Positions 1-11,720 of a DNA stretch of 64,000 bases are shown in pieces. The translations under genes and the position numbers were made by a program. The DNA is from Lama guanicoe (taxonomy: Eukaryota): contig MU054117.1 of assembly GCA_013239625.1 (NCBI GenBank), forward strand, positions 2,728,011-2,792,010, in the 5' to 3' direction. The first letter of the stretch is position 1. Every line of letters starts with the position of its first letter. The notes beneath the pieces are model-generated. The model was given only the letters and a program-made list of their open reading frames with translations, had not been told where the DNA came from and made no database searches.

Positions 1-279
1 GCAGGAAACACAGGTGACAGGGCCCGCAGGGCTGGGTCCCCACGAACACACAGATGCACCGTGGGACTCGTGGGCAACCCTGCACAGGCAGACAGATCCG
101 CCCAGAACAGTCCTGTGCCTGCAGCAGACACGCCAGCTGCCAGCGCTGAGCAAACCCTGGGGCACGGAGCCCAGGACTGTCCGGTTCTAGCCAGCACGGC
201 TCTGGAGCTGCCACCTCCAGCCTGTGGTAAGAGCCAGGCACCGGGAGTCGGGGTGGACAAAGAGAATGACGTCTGGAAG

Positions 280-1000
280 AGGCACAGCCGCGCGCTGAGA
301 GCCGCAGCTCCCGCCCCAGACACAGCGGACCCCGAGGACAGTTGTGGACACAGCACCCCGGCGCGCGGGCGCCTCCATCCTGCCCCCACCCTCACCCAAG
401 TCCTGCCCCTGCCCGCCAGGCCCGCGCCCCGGCTCCGGCTCCAGCTCCGGGGCCCCGCGGGCGGGCGCCCCTCCCCGCGGGACCCGGCCCGGCCGCCGGG
501 CCCCCTCGCGCGCCCCCGCCCGCACTTACCCGCCGCCGGCACCGAGGGTGGGTGTGGGGGGCCTGGCAGGGCCCGCGGGTCCGAGGCAGCGCGCGCTCAG
601 CCCCGCGCTCGGCACTTCCTGCGGCCGCGCCCCGCCTCCCGAGCGCCCACCCCCGCGCCCCTCCAATGCCCGGGCTGCTTCTCCCGCCTCCGCCGCCGGC
701 GTCCTGTCTTTGTTTGCGGTTGGCTTTTTTTTTTTTTCCGTTCAGAGCGCACAGAGTGAATCAAGTTGGGGTTTGGGCAGCGGTGCGGTGGCCCGGGGGT
801 CCCTGCGAGGAGGGGGAATGGGTCGGGCGGCTTGCAGACCCCCACCCGGACGTCTCCCTGCTCTCGCTACCCCCAGGGGAGCCCTTGGTGGGGCGGAAAA
901 CCAGCAGGATCCGCGGAGAAGTTGGCGGTGGGGGTGCCCAGGGACGCCAGGCACAAGCCGGTCTGATCATAAGAGCTCCGCCTGTGCCCCCCGCCTACAC
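280..1000 (-). promoter_or_regulatory. CpG-island promoter of a minus-strand gene
   Basis: Very high GC and CpG density; ETS motif CACTTCCTGC (613-622), GC box CCCCGCCTCC (630-639), CCAAT (663-667); adjacent minus-strand splice donor. Confidence 0.85.
530..620 (-). other. Probable non-coding first exon of an unidentified gene running off the left edge (TSS approximate)
   Basis: + strand CACTTACCCG (523-532) reads CGG|GTAAGTG on the minus strand, a consensus 5' splice site inside the CpG island; no minus-strand ATG in 530-700. Confidence 0.65.
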
Positions 1001-1637
1001 ACACAAGGAAGACCCATGGCCGCCCTGCTCCTCTGGAAGCCCTGCGGGCCGGCAGCTTTCCGTTCCCTGGGCCCAGGGAGAGTCAAGTTTTCTTCCTGGA
1101 CTGGAGAGAAGAGGAAGAGTGGACAGACCCCACCTATCCTGTCCTGTCCTGTGAGACGGCAGGTGCGGAGCTGCGGGAGCTGGGTCTAACCCATGGCGCC
1201 TGACAGATTCCATTACTTCCCAAAGCCGTGAAAGCCTGAGCTTATCCAGCCACTGTCTTTGGAAACTTGGCCACAGCGAGCCTGGTTACACATTTACCAG
1301 GTTGCTGGGCCGGGGAAGCCACTGGACGCAGGGAGAGCTGACAGGACCCCCCAACTGTGAAGGGGGAGCAGAGGGGAGGTGGGGTGGGGGTCTCAGAAGG
1401 CGGGAGTTGCTGTAGTCCTCGTGGAGGAAAACCTGAAATGGGGGGAGACTGGGAGAGACGCAGGGGCTACAGAACCCGCGTGGTGCAGCTGAGGGAAGAA
1501 TGAGGGGCGGTCTCCAAAGGCCGGCATGGCAGTGCTGGGGTGAGGGAGCCAATTGGAGGACCTGTGGTGATAGGAAACTGAGAGAAGATGAGATGGAGGG
1601 AGAGTGTGGACAAGACAGATGCTACCAAGTCCAAGGT

Positions 1638-1714
1638 CATACTGCGTTTATGTGACAGGCACCCCTGGAGTTGAGCAGTGCACAACCTGCACAGATGTAT
1701 GCGGTGCAGCCCTG
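1638..1714 (-). mobile_element. MER91-like hAT-Tip100 MITE fragment
   Basis: Reverse complement CAGGGCTGC...GTGCAGGTTGTGCACTGCTCAACTCCAGGGGTGCC resembles the recalled MER91 terminus. Confidence 0.6.
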
Positions 1715-1799
1715 TGAAAACCCCAGGTTCACGGTTTAACGGGGCTCTGCCCTGGAAGACTGCTGGCACTGTCTTTTTATATTCTCACCCCTTCTCTGT

Positions 1800-2290
1800 T
1801 CTTTCCCCGGCATCCAGAACGATCTTTTTAAAGCATGAGAGCATGGCACTCGTGTGCAAAACCCCTCCAGTGACCTCTCATTGTACTGAGAACAGAAGCA
1901 AAACTCTGGGATCCTATGGGATCTGCCCTTGGCCTGCCCCTTCCACCTGGTCACTTTCTCTCTGCCTGGCTCCCCAAATCTGGCCCCAGCGACTTCCTTT
2001 CTGTCTTGGCAAGCCAAGCCCTTTCCCCATCAAGCCCTTGTACCCGGACCATTCTTCCTCCAGACCTTCACCCACTGCTTTCTTCTCATCATTCAAGTCT
2101 CTGCTCAAGTGTGACCCCTCTAGGAGAGCTCTTCCCTGACCCCAGTTCTAAAGTTCACTCCTGGTCATTCTGCGTAACACCTCTGTCTGCCCCACGAGAA
2201 CATCTCTTGTTTGTACTGCATTTCCAGTGCTCAGAACAGTGCCAGGCCTTGGTAATCTTTCTAAAAATACTTGTGAAATGAACAAATGTT
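1800..2290 (+). mobile_element. L2 LINE 3' fragment
   Basis: L2 motifs CCAGAACGATCTTTTTAAAGCATG, AAAACCCCTCCAGTGACCTCTCATTG and terminal CAGTGCCAGGC...TTGTGAAATGAAC. Confidence 0.7.
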
Positions 2291-3344
2291 AATCCACAAG
2301 GTAGACTTGGTAGCGGGCAGCTTCCCAGCCTGGCCCTCGAGTGACAGGGAGAGGCCATCTGACAGCTTGAAAACCAGTACGAGCCTAGAAGTTAAGTGGC
2401 CTGAGTCCTGGTCCCTTTCCTTATTGTTGCCACCAGAGCCTCCGTGTCCTCACCTGTCCTGGAGGGAACCAGGTTGGCCGATCTCAGAGGTCACGTGCTG
2501 GCCACCTCTGTGGCCTCCAGCGCACCACCCGTCCAGCACACCACCCATCCAGCACAGGCAGAGGAGCCGAAGAGCAGGTCCTGGGGGTATCCACAGCTGC
2601 AGCACCTCCCCTTTCCATGGGCTCCTGATGTTGGAGGAGATGCCTCGCTTTTTCTGGCCTAAAACTGAGACTTAAATAGCAAGCAGTACTGTAGAGGCAG
2701 CGAGTTGCCCTGGGCAGGGAACCCGCCCCAGACAGACCCTGGTCTGCATCTCCGCTCCCTGCTTCAGACGTTTTCCTACCTTCTCTGCACTGCAGCTTTG
2801 GCAGATAGGAACGCTCATACCCTGCTTACAGATTTGCACGAGGATTTGTGGGTTCCTCTGTGAGAAACTGAAGAAAGATCAACTCCTTTCTGGTTATCTT
2901 AGAAAGTGAGTATGTCCACGGGGTGGCCTGATGCCTGGGTTGCCAGCCAGCCTGGCTAGTTCCCGCCGAGGCTGGAAGGGCTGCAGGGCTGCGCGTGCCC
3001 GAGAGCTTCACTTGGTGAAGGAACAGCAAAAAAATCACTTGTGAGGAAGGCAAAACAGCTGGTTTCCTTATTTGGCACCAGACACCTGTGGGGTGTGAGC
3101 CTGCGGAGATGGGTCTGCAGAACCAGAAAGGAGAAAAGCGAGTGTATTGCTCTTTCCTGGGAAAAGTCACTTGCATTCTGAGGGAGGGCTGCTGGTTGTG
3201 TTCCGAGAAGTGAGGCTGTTTGGTGGCCTGGCTTCCCTCTTCCCCAACACAGAACACTTGCATTTTTGCTGTGTGTGGAGGTAAAGAGATGCTGTTTGGG
3301 GAACTTCTACAACGTGCCCGAGGCTGGACTTGTTATTTTACCTG

Positions 3345-3996
3345 AGGGGACAGATACGACAGGTCTAACCACCTTCTTTCTCCCGCTTTCTCCCGTGCCT
3401 ACCCCTTTTATAGAGCCTGGGAACCTGAAACTCACCTTCTGAGCACCCAAGGGATGGCCATGTGACAGAGTTCTGGCCCATAATATAGAAATGGATATTT
3501 GTTGGACAGATCATCTCCTCCTAATTAAAAAAAACAAAGTTTCCAGAAGAGAAGAACTTTAATCTCCTTCCCACGTTTCTTTTCCTCTCACCTGTAATAC
3601 GGATGTGATGGTTGAAGGTGCAGCAGCCCTTTTGCAACCATGAGGCAAGGCACGAGGATGAACCCCACCAGGGTAGGAGTCTAGCCCCTGAGAACACATT
3701 GTCTCTCACCGAAACATAATCAGTATTGTAAGACACACCTTTATTTAAGTACCTTTAGGAAAGATAAAGTGCTGCGAGTTACCCTAACTTGTCTGCAAAG
3801 CACATCCAGATTCCCAAGATGTTAAAATGCCGGGGGAAAAAAAGGTTGGTCTTAGAATCAATGAGAGTTGAACAGGTGTCTGAGCCCTGGCGTATCTACC
3901 TCCAGATTTCTGTGAGAACAACAAACTCCTGATTCTTTCAGGCATCGCAGTCGGGCTTTCTGTTATTTTATGGCAAAACGTATTCCTAAAGCTGAC
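3345..3996 (+). mobile_element. ERVL LTR (LTR16/LTR33-like), interrupted by a DNA transposon
   Basis: GGCCATGTGACAGAGTTCTGGCC, GGATGTGATGG..GGTGCAGCAGCC..TTGCAACCATGAGG and CTACCTCCAGATTTCTGTGAGAA are typical of LTR16-class LTRs. Confidence 0.65.
3715..3868. mobile_element. TcMar-Tc2 (MER104/Kanga-like) MITE nested in the LTR
   Basis: ATTGTAAGACACAC...CACATCCAGATTCCCAAGATGTTAAAATG...GTCTTAGAATCAATGAGA resembles recalled MER104/Kanga ends. Confidence 0.55.
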
Positions 3997-4879
3997 CTCT
4001 CACACTCACCTCCTGAGACGGGTGTTAACACCTGTACGTTACTAATGAGGACGTGGACTACAGAGCATGCGACCCACACACCAGGAGCCCACTTGGGGGC
4101 CTCCAGGTCGACCGCCCTTGACCCCCGTCCCCGACCTGCTCTGTTGCTTTTCCTGCCGTGTACGTGGCCTTCGTGGCGGCCCAGCAGGGAAGGGTGACAG
4201 CGGCTGTGCAGCTGCACCCAGCCCCCATCCCGCTGCCCTGGAGGACCCTGGCTGTAACTCATCAGGGTGTGACGTTTGGTCTTGGGAGCTGGAGCCAGGA
4301 CATCAGAGCTTGGCAACCCTTCTGGCACAAGGTTTCCTAGTCATTTGGACAGTTTTTCTTGCCCTTTTCCTCACGTTTCTCTTCCCTGCCTTCCTCATCC
4401 CCTGTCAGACGAAAGCATAGGCCTTGAGAAGCCTCCGTGTGCGTGTGGAAGGCATCCCCTCCCCCTGGCTCGCTGATAATTTCTTTCCAGAGCGTGGGGC
4501 CCGGAGGCCACATGTGACAGAGAGAGAAGTTTGCAGAAGAAGGTCCTGGTCAGGAGCTTCTGGTAAGTTTGTCGGTCACTTTCTTTTGCGGACAGCCCCC
4601 TGGAGACCCTGGCCGGGGTCGGGGTGGGGGGACGACTCTGCCCCCGGGCCGGACAGAGGCCGTGTGTGCTCACAGCTTAAGGAAGCCTTCGCTCCAACTG
4701 AATTTTGTTTCCTGAAGCTGATGGAGAAGAGATTGTTGGAAGGATGTTAGCGTTAAGTCAGAAAGAATGGGCCTTTCCAGAGCTCCGTTATCCCATCTGC
4801 GAAGGAATTTGAGAACAGTGGGGGCGGATGACATGAGGTATCCGTCAAACTCACACCCTAGAACATTGTTTTGGGGAGT

Positions 4880-5540
4880 GTGGTCTGTGGGCTCCCTGGA
4901 AACGCCTACGAAGCGCACGAGGGAGGAACGGCTCCGGGAGGGACTCGTGTGGAACGGACGAAACCGGCGCAAAAGCCAGGCTGAGCGGGTGCGGCAGGCA
5001 GCCGGGGGCCGGGGAGGGGCAGCCGCCCGCTTCACATGCGGGGCCGGGCCAGCGTCTCCCTGCAGCTGGAGAGGAGGCTGCGGGGAGGGCGGGGGCAGGG
5101 CTCTGTGCCGCGACCCCAGGCTCCCAGCAGAGGCGGGGGTGGAGACGTGGGCGGGCCCTGTGGGGCTTCTCTTCTCCGGAGTGAGTCCGACAGGGGCAAA
5201 TGGTCTTTCCCGAGAAAACCCACTGAGAGCGGTTCCCCAACCCGCACCCCAAGGCCCACAGTCCGGCCTGCCGGCTGGAGAGCTGACCTCTGACCCCCTG
5301 TTTGTGCTCAGCCGGGACTCCACTCCAAGCCCAGCCTGGCCTGGCACCCCAAACCAGAGTTCTCGGAAGGCGTGTTCTTAGGGGCCCACGCACCGCACAG
5401 GAAGCCTCGGATTGCAAACACATGTCGAAAACTGCTGACTCCGTGTGAACGGGTCACATCCCCTAGTCTGCGTCGGAGGGGCCCCTGCGCGCTGGGGAGA
5501 GGCGGGGTCGCGCTGTTTGACCGTGTGCCAGGCTGAGCCG
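4880..5540. promoter_or_regulatory. Secondary CpG-rich island (promoter/enhancer-like)
   Basis: High CpG, GC boxes, E2F-like GGCGCAAAA (~4966-4974), ETS-like CAGGAAG (~5397); not a recognisable repeat. Confidence 0.5.
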
Positions 5541-5775
5541 AGCTTCTGGCTTCCGAAGGATTCAGGCTGATGGAGGCTTCTTTTGTAAATCAGCCTGTAT
5601 GGTAATTCTTTTCCTTTCCTCTTCCTGCAAGGGAAGTATTGGGGCGCACTTGTCTTGATCCCACGCGGGGCTGTCAGCTTTTCCCCCCATATTTGTCTGC
5701 GGGGCCTGTTCCAGCATCCACCAGACTGGGATGGGCTTCCTGGCTCAACAGATCTGTTGAATGCACCGAGGCACA

Positions 5776-7336
5776 ATTTTTAAAAGTTTAACTTTTATTT
5801 TGCTCTCATTGATAGGCATGCAGCTATGAGAAAAATACATAGAGATTCCACACCTCCTTTACCCGGTCTCCCCCACGGCAACATCTTGCAAAACTATAGT
5901 CAATACTGCAAAGAGGATATTGAGGATTTGGGCGCTGACACATTCAAGGTGTAGAACATCTCCATCACAAGGGTCTCAAATGTCACCCTTGTACGGCCAC
6001 ACCCACATTCCTCCCTCCTACCACACCCCTCTGTTACCCTTGGCAACCACTAATCTGTTCTTCGTTTCTACAATTGTGTCATTTCAAGAAAGTCATAGAA
6101 GTGGAATCATGTGGCCTGTGATATTCTGGGGTTGGATCTTTTGGTTTCACTCGGCACAGTTCTCTGGAAATTCATGCATCAGCCATTCTTTTTTATTGCT
6201 GCATAGTATTCCCGGTGTGGCTTTTTAACTGTTCGCTCACGGAAGGACACCTGGGTTGCTTCCAGTTTGGGTGTGCCATGACTGACGCTGCTAGGAGCAG
6301 GTTTCTTGTGTGAACACAGGTTTTCCTTTCTCTGGGATGCCATGGTTTCATCCTATGGTAGTTGCATTTTTAATTTTTTAAAAAACCGCCTAATTGTTTT
6401 CTGGAGTGGTTGCACCATTTCCCATGCCCGCCAGCAGCGTGTGAGTGATCGTTCCTGTGCGCCCTCCCCTGCGCCCCGTGTTGCCACTTCTCTTTGTTCT
6501 GGTCGTTCTGATACCTGTGTGTGATACTTTGATACGATTTAAGTCTGCATGTCCCTGGTGGCAGGGCTGTGGGAGGTCTTTCCATGTGCGCGTTTGCTGT
6601 CGGCGTCTCCGCCCTGGTGAAATGCTTCTGGGAGTCTTCTGCGTGTGTTCTAACAGGATTGTTTGGCTTTCACTATGGAGCTCTGAGACCTTCTGTAGCC
6701 TAGCTGCCAGTCCTCTGTCAGACAGGTGGTTTGCAAATGTTTCCTCCCTGTGTGTGAGCTGTCTTTTTCATCCTCGTAACAGGGTCTTCTACAGAGTGAA
6801 GGTTTAAATTTCAATGAAATCTAGTTTATCAGTTTTCCCTTTTACAGGATGTGCTCGTGGTGTCAAATCTACGAACTCTTTGCCTGACTCTGGAGCCCAA
6901 AGATTTTCTCTGCGCTGTTTTCTAAAAAGTTTATAGTTTCACGTTTAAGTACATAATACATTTCGAGTTAATTTTTGTATGCTGGGTGTAACTTAGGGCA
7001 AGCAACAGTTTTTTTTGTCCTATAAATATCCAGTTGCTCCAGCACCGTTTGTTAAAAGCCTATCCTTCCTCCATCGAATTGCGTTTGCAGATTTGTCAAA
7101 GATCACTTGGGCACATTTACGCACGACTGTCTCTGGGTCTCGGTTCTGTTCCACTGGTGTTTGTGTCTCCCCCTCCGCCCAGACTGTCCGGGCTCAGTTG
7201 CTGCAGAGATATGTTATGATACAATGTCCTGAAACTGAGTGGACTGATTCTTCCCACTTTATTCCTCCTTCTCAAACATTGTTTTCACTCTTCCAGATCC
7301 TTTGCCTTTCCGTATAAATTTGAAAATAAGCTTGTC
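5776..7336 (-). mobile_element. Old LINE-1 (L1MB/L1MC-like) 3' region including ORF2 end
   Basis: Antisense L1M hallmarks CAACATCTTGCAAAACTATAG, GGCAACCACTAATCTGTTC, CAGTTGCTCCAGCACCGTTTGTTAAAAG. Confidence 0.85.
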
Positions 7337-7402
7337 CAAATCAAGCCTGCAATGAGGTACCACCTCACACCAGCCAGAAATGCTGGAGAGGGTGTGGCGA
7401 AA
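7337..7402 (+). mobile_element. Short sense L1 ORF2 fragment with internal deletion
   Basis: CAAATCAAGCCTGCAATGAGGTACCACCTCACACC...AATGCTGGAGAGGGTGTGG aligns to the in-window L1 at 56455-56550. Confidence 0.7.
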
Positions 7403-8174
7403 GCCAGAAAGCGGAAGGCCAAAGCAGACCATGTCTAAGCCTAAACCCCTCTGGTAACGGGAGCAGAGGGTGAATGGGCTCCCACGGACTCTTCAAGCCG
7501 GTGCTCCTTGGCAGGGTGCTCTTGGCGTCGGGATGACACCGTGTGCTGGTGCAGGGTGTCCGGCTTCCTGCAGGACCTCTGGCATGCCCGGCCCTCAGTT
7601 GTCAAGCACCGGTGGAGCCCTCCAGTCACTGCGTCAACTTCTTTCAGGTTTCCCCTGGGGGAGGGCACCACCTCCTACTGAGAGCCATTGGTTTAGACCC
7701 ATCACGGTCCACTCCCAAGTCCATGCTCACTTTGTCAGGGCTCGAGGAAGAAGGACGGAAAGGCTGTTGAGTTGGTAACCAACAGAGTCAGCCGCTGGAG
7801 GGGAAGAAGCATCCGACACGTAGCTGGATGTGGGGTGGGGGGGCCTGCCGCCTCTCCCAGGGCCTCCAAATCCTGTGGGACTTACCTTTTCTGGCCTCAG
7901 GTACCTCCAAGCCTTCCCACCAGCCTTGGCCACGTGGAGAGAGATTGCAGTGGGAGAGGAAACCGTGTTCGCTTCCTTTCCTCTCTGGGCTGTGGTTCTA
8001 ATTGTAACAAATCTTAGACTGGAAGATACCTTGGGGAGCGTGAACATTATTCTATAGATGGAGACGCTGAAGCCCAGGACGGGGTTGATTTGCTCAAGAT
8101 CAACCAGAGAAGGACCAGGAACACCCTGAACGTCCCAATTACTGGCTTTGCTTCTACTTCACACCCTTCAGTGA

Positions 8175-8370
8175 CACTTAATATTTATCAGGTGCTTACT
8201 ACAAGACACGATGTGCTGATGGATTCACGTCGGTTTTCATTTCAATCTCGGAATGGCTTTATGAGATAGACGCTCTTGTTGTCCCCATTTTAGATCAGGA
8301 AATTGAGGCTGAGGAAGTTTCGGGAAGTTTCCCGAGGTCTGATTCTAGAGCCGGCACAGTTCCTGCCCCA
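8175..8370 (-). mobile_element. MIR SINE
   Basis: Core CCCCATTTTAGATCAGGAAATTGAGGCT. Confidence 0.75.
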
Positions 8371-8989
8371 TCCGACCACTTCCCTGGGAAACAAGCCTCT
8401 GTTGTCTTCTGCTGCCATTTATTCTGGCTGGATTAGCAAGGCAGTCTCCCAGAGCCCGGCAGCTCCTCTCGCGCTGCGCTCACTACTGCTCTGTCGCCCT
8501 CCCAGTTGGAGGAAACGTAGGGGAAGGTGAACACTTTTACGCTAGTTCTGTCTGACTGAGGAGGGGCAGAAGACGGGGCGCCTGATTCAGCCATGTTATT
8601 TTGCTTTTCCTGAAAGGGAAACCCCTCGTTAACACACCACTCTAACTATTAGGGTGTGCCTTAATTATAACCTGGGGCATACAGAGCTGAAGAAAAGATA
8701 TGATTAGGACAAAATTAAAATATGGCAGTGAGTATAAGCTGTCTTACTCAAGTATTGTTTTCAGTTACTCCATGTCTAAGCTTGGCTCTCTTTACTCTTT
8801 TATATTTTCTCAATGATTCCAGGCGTTCTAAAGCTACTTTGCTTGTGCAAGGCTTCCAGGAACTTAAAACCAGCCACTGGCAGCTTTGGTGTAGACACAT
8901 CCTTAAGGAGGCAATTCCCAGGGCATTTCTACTTTGCCTGTGTAGAGAGTTATTCACAACTAACCTCTCCATTCCTTTGTTTGCTTGTT

Positions 8990-9075
8990 CATCCATCCAT
9001 CCATCCATCCATCCATCCATCCATCCAAACATCCATCCAACCATCCCTCCATCCACTCATCCAGCCAGCCATCCA
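8990..9075. repeat. (CCAT)n microsatellite
   Basis: Directly visible tandem CCAT units, degenerating 3'. Confidence 0.95.
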
Positions 9076-9949
9076 CTCAGCTATTCTTTCACTCAACAGT
9101 GGTTTAGTAAACACTTACTTATAGTAACCCTACCATGTTTCACATGTCATGGTGTTTAACAAAGAGGTCCCTGGTTTGTCCTATTTCTTGATTCTGTGTT
9201 TTCTCCTTTGCTAGATCACGAACCTTCAAGCACGGACAAGAAAGGGTCTTGTTGCTCTTTCTGTGCCAAGTGTCTGGCACAGAGGAAGGAACCCCATCAG
9301 CGTTTGCAGGCTTGTACCATCCATCCAACAGTGCCTGCCTTCTCCTCACGCCTTCCGAAATAGGCATTGCTTTTCCCCTTTTAAGTTTCTTAGGACATTT
9401 TAAAAAGCACAGAGACGATAGTTTCATCAGAATCTGAAAGAGGATGCAAAAAGAGAAAAATAAACCAGGACAGAGTTCATGAGAATAATTAGAGAGTCGC
9501 CATCGCGACTGCAGTATGTGGGCTGGTTTCTCCCGGCCCCGAGAGGGCTCTGATGGCTTCATTATTTGTATAAACTTCACCATCACCCCGCGGCCCGTTT
9601 CTCTTTGGTATTCCACATGTGGCTCTGGTGTCCTTCCGGCTCTGTGGCGGTGAAAACTGAACCTCAGCATAGCCTAGCGGCCGAGCCATCTCGGTCAGGA
9701 ACTGAGACGTAGGGATAGAATAGACCTTGTTAGATTTTAATAGTTCCAATCGTTTGGTGTTATCAGGATATGATCATCACCGGCATCTCACATTTGCTAT
9801 TTACCGAGCTCTTAATAAGTGCTAAGAACTTTACATGCATTAGCCTTTCCCCAAAGCCGTAAGCACATACACATACAGTGGAACATCAAGCTTCACTAAC
9901 TGCTATATTTCTACACCTGGTTTCCTATACCTAGTTTCGCATTTTTGCT

Positions 9950-10680
9950 TCATTTCTCTGTGTATATTTTTTTGAACCATCTGAGAGCGACGTGCAGATG
10001 CTGGGAGGCTTCCTTTCTGAATGTTCCTGGCACGGGGGTGCTCATCCACAGAACTAGCATAGAACCATCACTCAGAGGAAATTTAATGTTAAAACAGTTC
10101 CACTGCCTATTATACAGTCATTGTTCAAATTTTCTTAATTTTCCTAGTAATAATCCTTCTTCCCTCCCTCCCTCCCTCCCTGCCTCCCTTCCTCCCTTCC
10201 TTCCCTCAGTCCAGGGTCTCACTAAGGATTACTCATTGTGTTTACTTTTCATACTTTGTTAGTGTCCTTTCATGTAGAACGTTTTTCTCAGCCCCCTTTT
10301 TCCTTTCATGCCGCTGACAATTGTGAAACGTCCAAGCTAGTTATTTTGCAAAATGTCCCTCAGTTTCAGATCGGTTTGATGTTCCCTCATGGAAAGATGC
10401 AGGGTGGACATTGTCGGCAGCCGTAATTGCACGAATGACGCTGCGTGCTTCTCTGTTCATCCCATCGCGGGGGCGCCAGTGTCGGTTTGTCCTGTCCTCA
10501 GGGATGTTTTGATCACTTGGCTGAGGCAGTGTTTGCCTGGTTTCTACCAAGACACGGAGACAGCACTGTCCTGTGTAATTGCTGTGTACGCTGCGGGGTG
10601 CCACTTTGAGGGTGTGTGACTGTCCCCTCCGCTGCACCCCCGTCAGTCTTTCCCCCAGTGGTTTTAGCACTCATGGGTAC
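9950..10680 (-). mobile_element. Old LINE-1 (L1MC4/5-like) 3' fragment
   Basis: TTTTGAACCATCTGAGAG, GGAAATTTAATGTT, TTTTGCAAAATGTCCCTCAGTT, TTTGATCACTTGGCTGAGG. Confidence 0.7.
10154..10206. repeat. (CCCT/CCTT)n polypyrimidine tract
   Basis: Directly visible. Confidence 0.9.
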
Positions 10681-10694
10681 GTGATCTTTTTAAA

Positions 10695-10850
10695 CTTACA
10701 CAATAACCCTGTTTCCCACACTTTTACACCAAGAAGACTGAGTCTTAGGGGGATAAAGAGACTTGCTGGTGTCCCCACAGCTGGGAAGGGGCAGGGCTGG
10801 GCTGCCAACCCCAGACTGACTGTCTCTAATGCCTCTACTCTTACTGCTCA
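10695..10850 (-). mobile_element. MIR SINE
   Basis: CACAATAACCCTG...TTTTACACCAAGAAGACTGAG...ACTTGCT..CCCACAGCT. Confidence 0.6.
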
Positions 10851-11202
10851 CGGCTCTGTTCTGTCTGGAGATAGAGACCTCATCCCTTTTGCTCCAGGCA
10901 AGACAGGAAGAGCTGAGATATAAGTGAGCATGTAAGACACAGTTTATTTCAGATCTTGAGTTTCTTTCTTCTTATTCCCTAACTACTTGTTTTCCTGCTG
11001 AAGCCCAGTGCCTCTTGGTTCCTCATTCACTGACCGTTACCTGAAACACAGTGAATAAATGACGCTTTGGTCCAGTGGTCCCTGGATGAAGGAGTTCTGC
11101 TTGGATTGGATCCCGTGATGTCCAGGACTGACCACTCGCCAGAACCACCCTGTCTGATGCAATTACACGTGGTCATGGTCCATTCAGGAGGACACAGCAT
11201 AA

Positions 11203-11720
11203 AGCCACGGAGGTGATTCCAGAGGGCGCCTCTCTGGTGGTGGGGGGGTGGTGCAGTCCCGCAGCCGAGGCGTTGTGTGCTAAGTACCAGAGCACCACTG
11301 AGCATCTGCTGCCCTTGGGAGCCTGAAACGGGGGCTCGAGGGGTCCTGGGGATGGGGGTGAGGAATCTATTTTTCTATTAGTGTCAACCCTGCCAATCAA
11401 GAAATGGATTAAAGAAAAGGTAACAGCCTGCCTGCCTGGTCCTTGGTCCTCCTCTGCTGTCCTTGCCCCTTTCCCTTCTCGGATTTGTCGTAGGGAAGGT
11501 GTTGGCGCGTTCTCTCCTTCCGTCGTTGGTTCGTTCTGTCCTAACCGACGTTTGCTATCCTCCCGCGGTGTGCCCAGCACTGGGGGTACAGAGAAAAAAG
11601 AAACAGTGTCGGCCTCGAAGGTGGTCCCAGTTTAGGTTTGGGGTGGGGGGCTGCCATCCAACAACCGTGATGCTGTGTGCTAAGCACCAGAGCAACCCTG
11701 CTCGTCCAGTGCTCCTGGGA
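11203..11720. repeat. Diverged direct repeat, 11241-11320 vs 11641-11720
   Basis: Gapless 56/80 identity by manual count; core TGTGTGCTAAG(T/C)ACCAGAGCA. Confidence 0.8.

Noticed and set aside
530..620. Naming the minus-strand gene
   Set aside because: Only a non-coding exon is visible and I could not match it confidently from memory.
61..1189. Overlapping 232-281 aa ORFs
   Set aside because: Pro/Ala/Arg/Gly-rich products in all three frames reflect stop-codon scarcity in a CpG island; no recognisable domain.
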